From IMG/VR virus record IMGVR_UViG_3300043812_000026: 64,000 nt of DNA; one strand, written 5' to 3'. Source of the stretch: a virus. Taxonomy: Duplodnaviria; Caudoviricetes. Positions within the stretch are counted from its first letter, which is position 1, and each line of letters starts with the position of its first letter. The notes beneath the pieces are model-generated. The model was not told where the DNA came from. It searched no databases and saw only the letters and a list, made by a program, of their open reading frames with translations. The position numbers were made by a program, and so were the translations under genes. This document shows, one piece after another, positions 60,589 to 64,000 of this stretch.

Positions 60589-61131
60589 ATGAAAAGTTTA
60601 GTTAGTCCATATTTTGCCGAATACCAAGATAAAGAAGTCAAGTTTTCTACTAAGAAATTAGTTCAATTAATGGCTCAATGTTTTTATTTTAATGTTTTAC
60701 ACAGTGATAAGGAGAATGTTAAGCCTACATTTGAACGTTTTATTGATAAAGATACTAAGACTGGTTATGTTCGTTTAACATTTTCTAGTTGTAGAGTAGA
60801 TAGTGATTATGCAGTTAACGGTTATGTTGACTACACTATTAAGGAAACGATGTTAGGTCTATTAGGTGATTTTAACTTAGAAAATAGTGTCCTTGACCTT
60901 ACTCCAGAGGATTTCCAAAAGTGGTTCTTAGAAGAACTTAAATCCCTTGTTGACCAAGAAGAAGGGGTTACCTTAGTTGCAGAAGAATCTGTGGTTCAAA
61001 GTCCTTATGATAATAGCGATGACGAAAACTATACAATTCAATTAACCTTGGACGTAGATTTACCTAACTTGGAAGTAGAAAAGGAACCAGAAGGAGAAGA
61101 AGAACAAGATGGTGAAGAGACGGTTGAATAA
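60589..61131 (+). CDS. acidic hypothetical protein
   Basis: 180 aa with RBS. Confidence 0.75.
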   Translation: MKSLVSPYFAEYQDKEVKFSTKKLVQLMAQCFYFNVLHSDKENVKPTFERFIDKDTKTGYVRLTFSSCRVDSDYAVNGYVDYTIKETMLGLLGDFNLENSVLDLTPEDFQKWFLEELKSLVDQEEGVTLVAEESVVQSPYDNSDDENYTIQLTLDVDLPNLEVEKEPEGEEEQDGEETVE

Positions 61132-61630
61132 CAATCGTCAACGTGTTTATCAAGTTCTCTATGATATTGGAGTTAAGTATCCCGGTATGTTAGTAATTAA
61201 CTGCCGGGATATTTCTGATAAGCAGTTGGAACGGTTGGAAAAACAAAATAAGATCTATCGTAATGACAGACGAACTGAGCTTGACTTTGGTTTTACTGAG
61301 CATACTTATCGCTTTGCTGGAATTACCGATCAATACTTAATGATTGATGACTTAGTTAGTCAAATGATTGTGATGTCCTTAGAAACAGTACAAAAAGGGA
61401 TTAGTGTTAAAGACTATCAAGCTCATCCAGACTTACTTAAAGCAGTAGACCAGACTAAGTGTTATTTACCAGAAGGTTTTATTCCTACTACAGAAATCAA
61501 TAAAATGTTTGCTACTGGTGGTAAGATATGTTATTATAATAAAGAACTGACAAATATTGGTCGTTTAGGCAATATCTTGAAAGCAGGGGACTTCACATTA
61601 ACTTCTGATTTAAATGATTTAGAACTTTAA
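61109..61630 (+). CDS. hypothetical protein
   Basis: 173 aa, overlapping the previous gene. Confidence 0.75.
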   Translation: MVKRRLNNNRQRVYQVLYDIGVKYPGMLVINCRDISDKQLERLEKQNKIYRNDRRTELDFGFTEHTYRFAGITDQYLMIDDLVSQMIVMSLETVQKGISVKDYQAHPDLLKAVDQTKCYLPEGFIPTTEINKMFATGGKICYYNKELTNIGRLGNILKAGDFTLTSDLNDLEL

Positions 61631-61646
61631 AATTTGGCTTATCAAG

Positions 61647-62237
61647 ATGTTTCTGAAAAGGATCGAAAGGATTAGAATAATGGCAACTATTAAAAAAGCA
61701 ACGGTCAAGCCGTATAAAGTAGTGTTGGCTGGTAAGGAATACTATGATTTGCATCGTATTAATCATTCAGGGGTTTCTGCTTATATTCAGTGCTCATGGT
61801 TTAGTGATAATCAAATGCGCTTTATGGAGAAAGGGTTAGAAGCCCTAGCAGGAAATTTAACCTTTAATCTTGCTAACAGTCATCATCCACTAAGCCACCA
61901 GTACAATGATATTAATGTTAATGACCATCCAGAGGTCATGGACGACTTTGAATGGCAAGAATGTACAGTTAATATGGACTTAGAGGCAATGAAATCTAAT
62001 CCGATTGGCGTTGCTCTTTATATGCCTAGTGAACCAGATGAAGGTATTGCTTGGGAATCTGGTTGGCTATATGCTTCTCATAAACCTAATTTAGTAGTTA
62101 TTCCAGATGATGAAATAACTACTCCGCTTAACCTAATGATGATTAAAAACACTCGAATTATTAAATTAAGTGAATTACAATCGTTCGATTTCAATCATGA
62201 TTTAATCTACAAACCTTATCGTGGTAAAGTATTCTAA
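61647..62237 (+). CDS. nucleoside 2-deoxyribosyltransferase
   Basis: SWFSDNQ, PLSHQY, D.G.AWESG..A..KP, PLNLM; likely start 61680. Confidence 0.8.
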   Translation: MFLKRIERIRIMATIKKATVKPYKVVLAGKEYYDLHRINHSGVSAYIQCSWFSDNQMRFMEKGLEALAGNLTFNLANSHHPLSHQYNDINVNDHPEVMDDFEWQECTVNMDLEAMKSNPIGVALYMPSEPDEGIAWESGWLYASHKPNLVVIPDDEITTPLNLMMIKNTRIIKLSELQSFDFNHDLIYKPYRGKVF

Positions 62238-62441
62238 TAGATAGCAAAAATAAAAGGCTACATAAAAGAGTCAAGAGTCTATATTTTATTCATAATCGGT
62301 ATAAAGTACGTGACTAAAGTAATATATTTTAATTAAAGTATGTTATAATTTAAATAACAACTAAAAATAATAGTTGCTAAATACTACTAAGGTAGTTTAT
62401 AGAATCTAAGCTATTCATGACTGAGTAGTTCACCTTAGTTG

Positions 62442-62518
62442 CAGGAATTAGTTCAATCGGTAGAACCTCGGAGCGTTTTCTCGTTCCACCAACATCAGTT
62501 CAATTCTGATATTCCTGC
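62442..62518 (+). tRNA. atypical tRNA-like RNA with distorted anticodon arm
   Basis: CAGGAAU/AUUCCUG acceptor, GUUC/GAAC D-arm, AUCAG-UUCAAUU-CUGAU T-arm; GGAGCG-UUUUCU-CGUUCC arm. Confidence 0.6.
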
Positions 62519-62643
62519 TTATAGCCCACATACCATTTACAAAATTACCTAAACGTATGTTCAATGTGGGCTAGAAGTGCTGGAAGTTTAGTGACACTTT
62601 TCGTGGGGCACTATAATATTACTGGCTGGAAATAAGTGTTAAT

Positions 62644-62730
62644 TGGGTAATACTTCAGTGGCAGAATGATTGGGATAGCTATGTTAAATAATTAAGCCCA
62701 AGACGAAGGTTCGATTCCTTTCTTACCCAC
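62644..62730 (+). tRNA. atypical tRNA-like RNA with expanded anticodon loop
   Basis: UGGGUAA/UUACCCA acceptor, GAAGG-UUCGAUU-CCUUU T-arm, UUGGG/CCCAA stem with >20 nt loop. Confidence 0.55.
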
Positions 62731-63050
62731 TAGCTTGATAAGGTAGCTCCTTGTTAATCTAAATCAGTAACTAGTTGCTGATATTAATGGCGTAGAGTAA
62801 GCAGTTGATGACTGTAGGCTCATGCGAACAGTACAGTAAACACGCCGGGAACATGAATTAGTTGAGGCTAAGTGTGGGATCGGCGAAAAGGTAGCCCAGT
62901 TAATCGAGGGTAAAAGTGTGCGACTTTGCATAGTGTCTGGCACGAATACCTCATCCAGACGTTAAAAAGACAGTAAGAGTAGGCTTGGCAACCTATTACC
63001 TAGTGAGCAATGCGGAAATGCTAAGTACGATGCAAAACCTAGGGGAAGTT
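62731..63050 (+). ncRNA. candidate structured ncRNA (GOLLD/ROOL-like?)
   Basis: Purine/GC-richer, ORF-less, nested hairpins and an apparent pseudoknot, between tRNA-like elements. Confidence 0.5.
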
Positions 63051-63052
63051 AA

Positions 63053-63106
63053 GGTCTCGAACGATGGTCTCCCGTGAGATTGAGAGTTCGAGTCTCTCTA
63101 GGACCG
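63053..63106 (+). ncRNA. minimal tRNA-like element
   Basis: T-arm GAGAG-UUCGAGU-CUCUC, imperfect acceptor GGUCU/GGACC, no D-arm. Confidence 0.4.
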
Positions 63107-63257
63107 TACCCCGTGTTCATTAGGGCGCTTTATTTTCGTCTTCGGACTCCTTCTAGTTACAGGTCTAGTAGGTAAAAGATATACACAATAGGAAGTCAAC
63201 CTGTATGAGTGTTATATCTGTAAGTAAAGTATTAGGGTGCAAGTCCCTACGGGGTGG
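63107..63257 (+). ncRNA. tRNA-like-domain RNA (~150 nt)
   Basis: UACCCCG/CGGGGUG acceptor, UAGGG-UGCAAGU-CCCUA T-arm, stem GCUUUAUUU/AAGUAAAGU enclosing an insert. Confidence 0.5.
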
Positions 63258-63465
63258 TAGGAGTGTATCTTCCGTCCTACCATTATGGTATATGTAAACA
63301 AGAACCGTGTTTAGGCTTTTATTACGAGAATTAAAAGCCCTTTTCTTCTCAGTTCTTGAAGTAAGAACGAGATAGGGGTTAGTTAACTGTTACTCACCCT
63401 ATCTAAAATAATAACGAGTATAAATGCAATTGCTGGGATATACTGTGAATGTTCTAAGCAGTATA

Positions 63466-63524
63466 AGGGTAGTAGTTCAATGGTAGATCATGCAAGGACG
63501 GGGGTTCGATTCCTTCCTACCCTA
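63466..63524 (+). ncRNA. tRNA mimic lacking the anticodon arm (59 nt)
   Basis: AGGGUAG/CUACCCU acceptor, D-arm, 10-nt linker, GGGGG-UUCGAUU-CCUUC T-arm. Confidence 0.65.
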
Positions 63525-63598
63525 TTTTCTTTATTACGTATTTAGTTCTCCCCTAACTATGGTATAATTAATACATATCAAAGTTAGGGGAGTTTTAA

Positions 63599-64000
63599 TT
63601 GATCAAAGTTTTTGCAATTATTTTACTGCTAGTTTGGCTGATTAGTTTTGGTTTATATGATTTAAAGTCGCTTTTTAAAAGAATTGCTTATCCATTTAAA
63701 CAGCTTGATGAAGAAGATCATGATAATTTCGGTATCTTAGATGATACTTACAATTTATCGACTTTCAAGGGTCGAGTATACTTGTTATTAACTAGCTGGG
63801 TACTTGAAATTATAGTGTTCTTTCTCTTATGGGGTTTAGCTCATGTAGCAGGAATCGGACAAGAATTAAAAGGTACTTTGTTATTATTCTTAACAGTTGG
63901 ATGCCTTTCAGATCTGAATACTAATTATTATCGAGTTAATTACTATTTAAATGGTACTAAAGATTATATAGGTTGTTATCTAGGAATTATAATCGGCTTA
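63599..64000 (+). CDS. multi-pass membrane protein (partial)
   Basis: TTG after RBS AGGGGAG; open to window end; several hydrophobic segments. Confidence 0.7.
   Translation, partial: MIKVFAIILLLVWLISFGLYDLKSLFKRIAYPFKQLDEEDHDNFGILDDTYNLSTFKGRVYLLLTSWVLEIIVFFLLWGLAHVAGIGQELKGTLLLFLTVGCLSDLNTNYYRVNYYLNGTKDYIGCYLGIIIGL

Overview
AT-rich segment of a large lytic myovirus of the Herelleviridae (Twort/SPO1-like) type, probably infecting Lactobacillaceae (signal-peptide GH25-LysM endolysin, nucleoside 2-deoxyribosyltransferase, lactobacillus-type TnpB elements). About 1-57 kb is the minus-strand morphogenesis and lysis module: terminase, portal, protease, scaffold, capsid, neck, sheath, chaperones, two tape-measure paralogues, hub/lysin, a displaced tail tube, a collagen/GH66 appendage cluster, endolysin, two tRNAs and RNase H. 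About 58-64 kb is a plus-strand arm ending in a cluster of tRNA-like and structured RNAs. The module is heavily invaded by three group I introns (two ORF-less in the tail tube gene, one with an endonuclease in terL), five zinc-ribbon/EDxHD-type endonucleases and two TnpB-only IS elements. Top leads: (1) two cassettes coupling homing-type endonucleases to a Mom-like GNAT DNA-modification domain; (2) a stand-alone, promoter- and terminator-flanked 95% copy of the TnpB omegaRNA scaffold with a different guide; (3) tRNA mimics whose anticodon arm is deleted or replaced, some carrying anti-Shine-Dalgarno tracts, plus two large structured ncRNA candidates; (4) orphan duplicated 3' ends of structural genes beside endonucleases; (5) a hairpin/uORF switch at the endolysin start. 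All homology calls rest on motif recognition by eye, not database searches.
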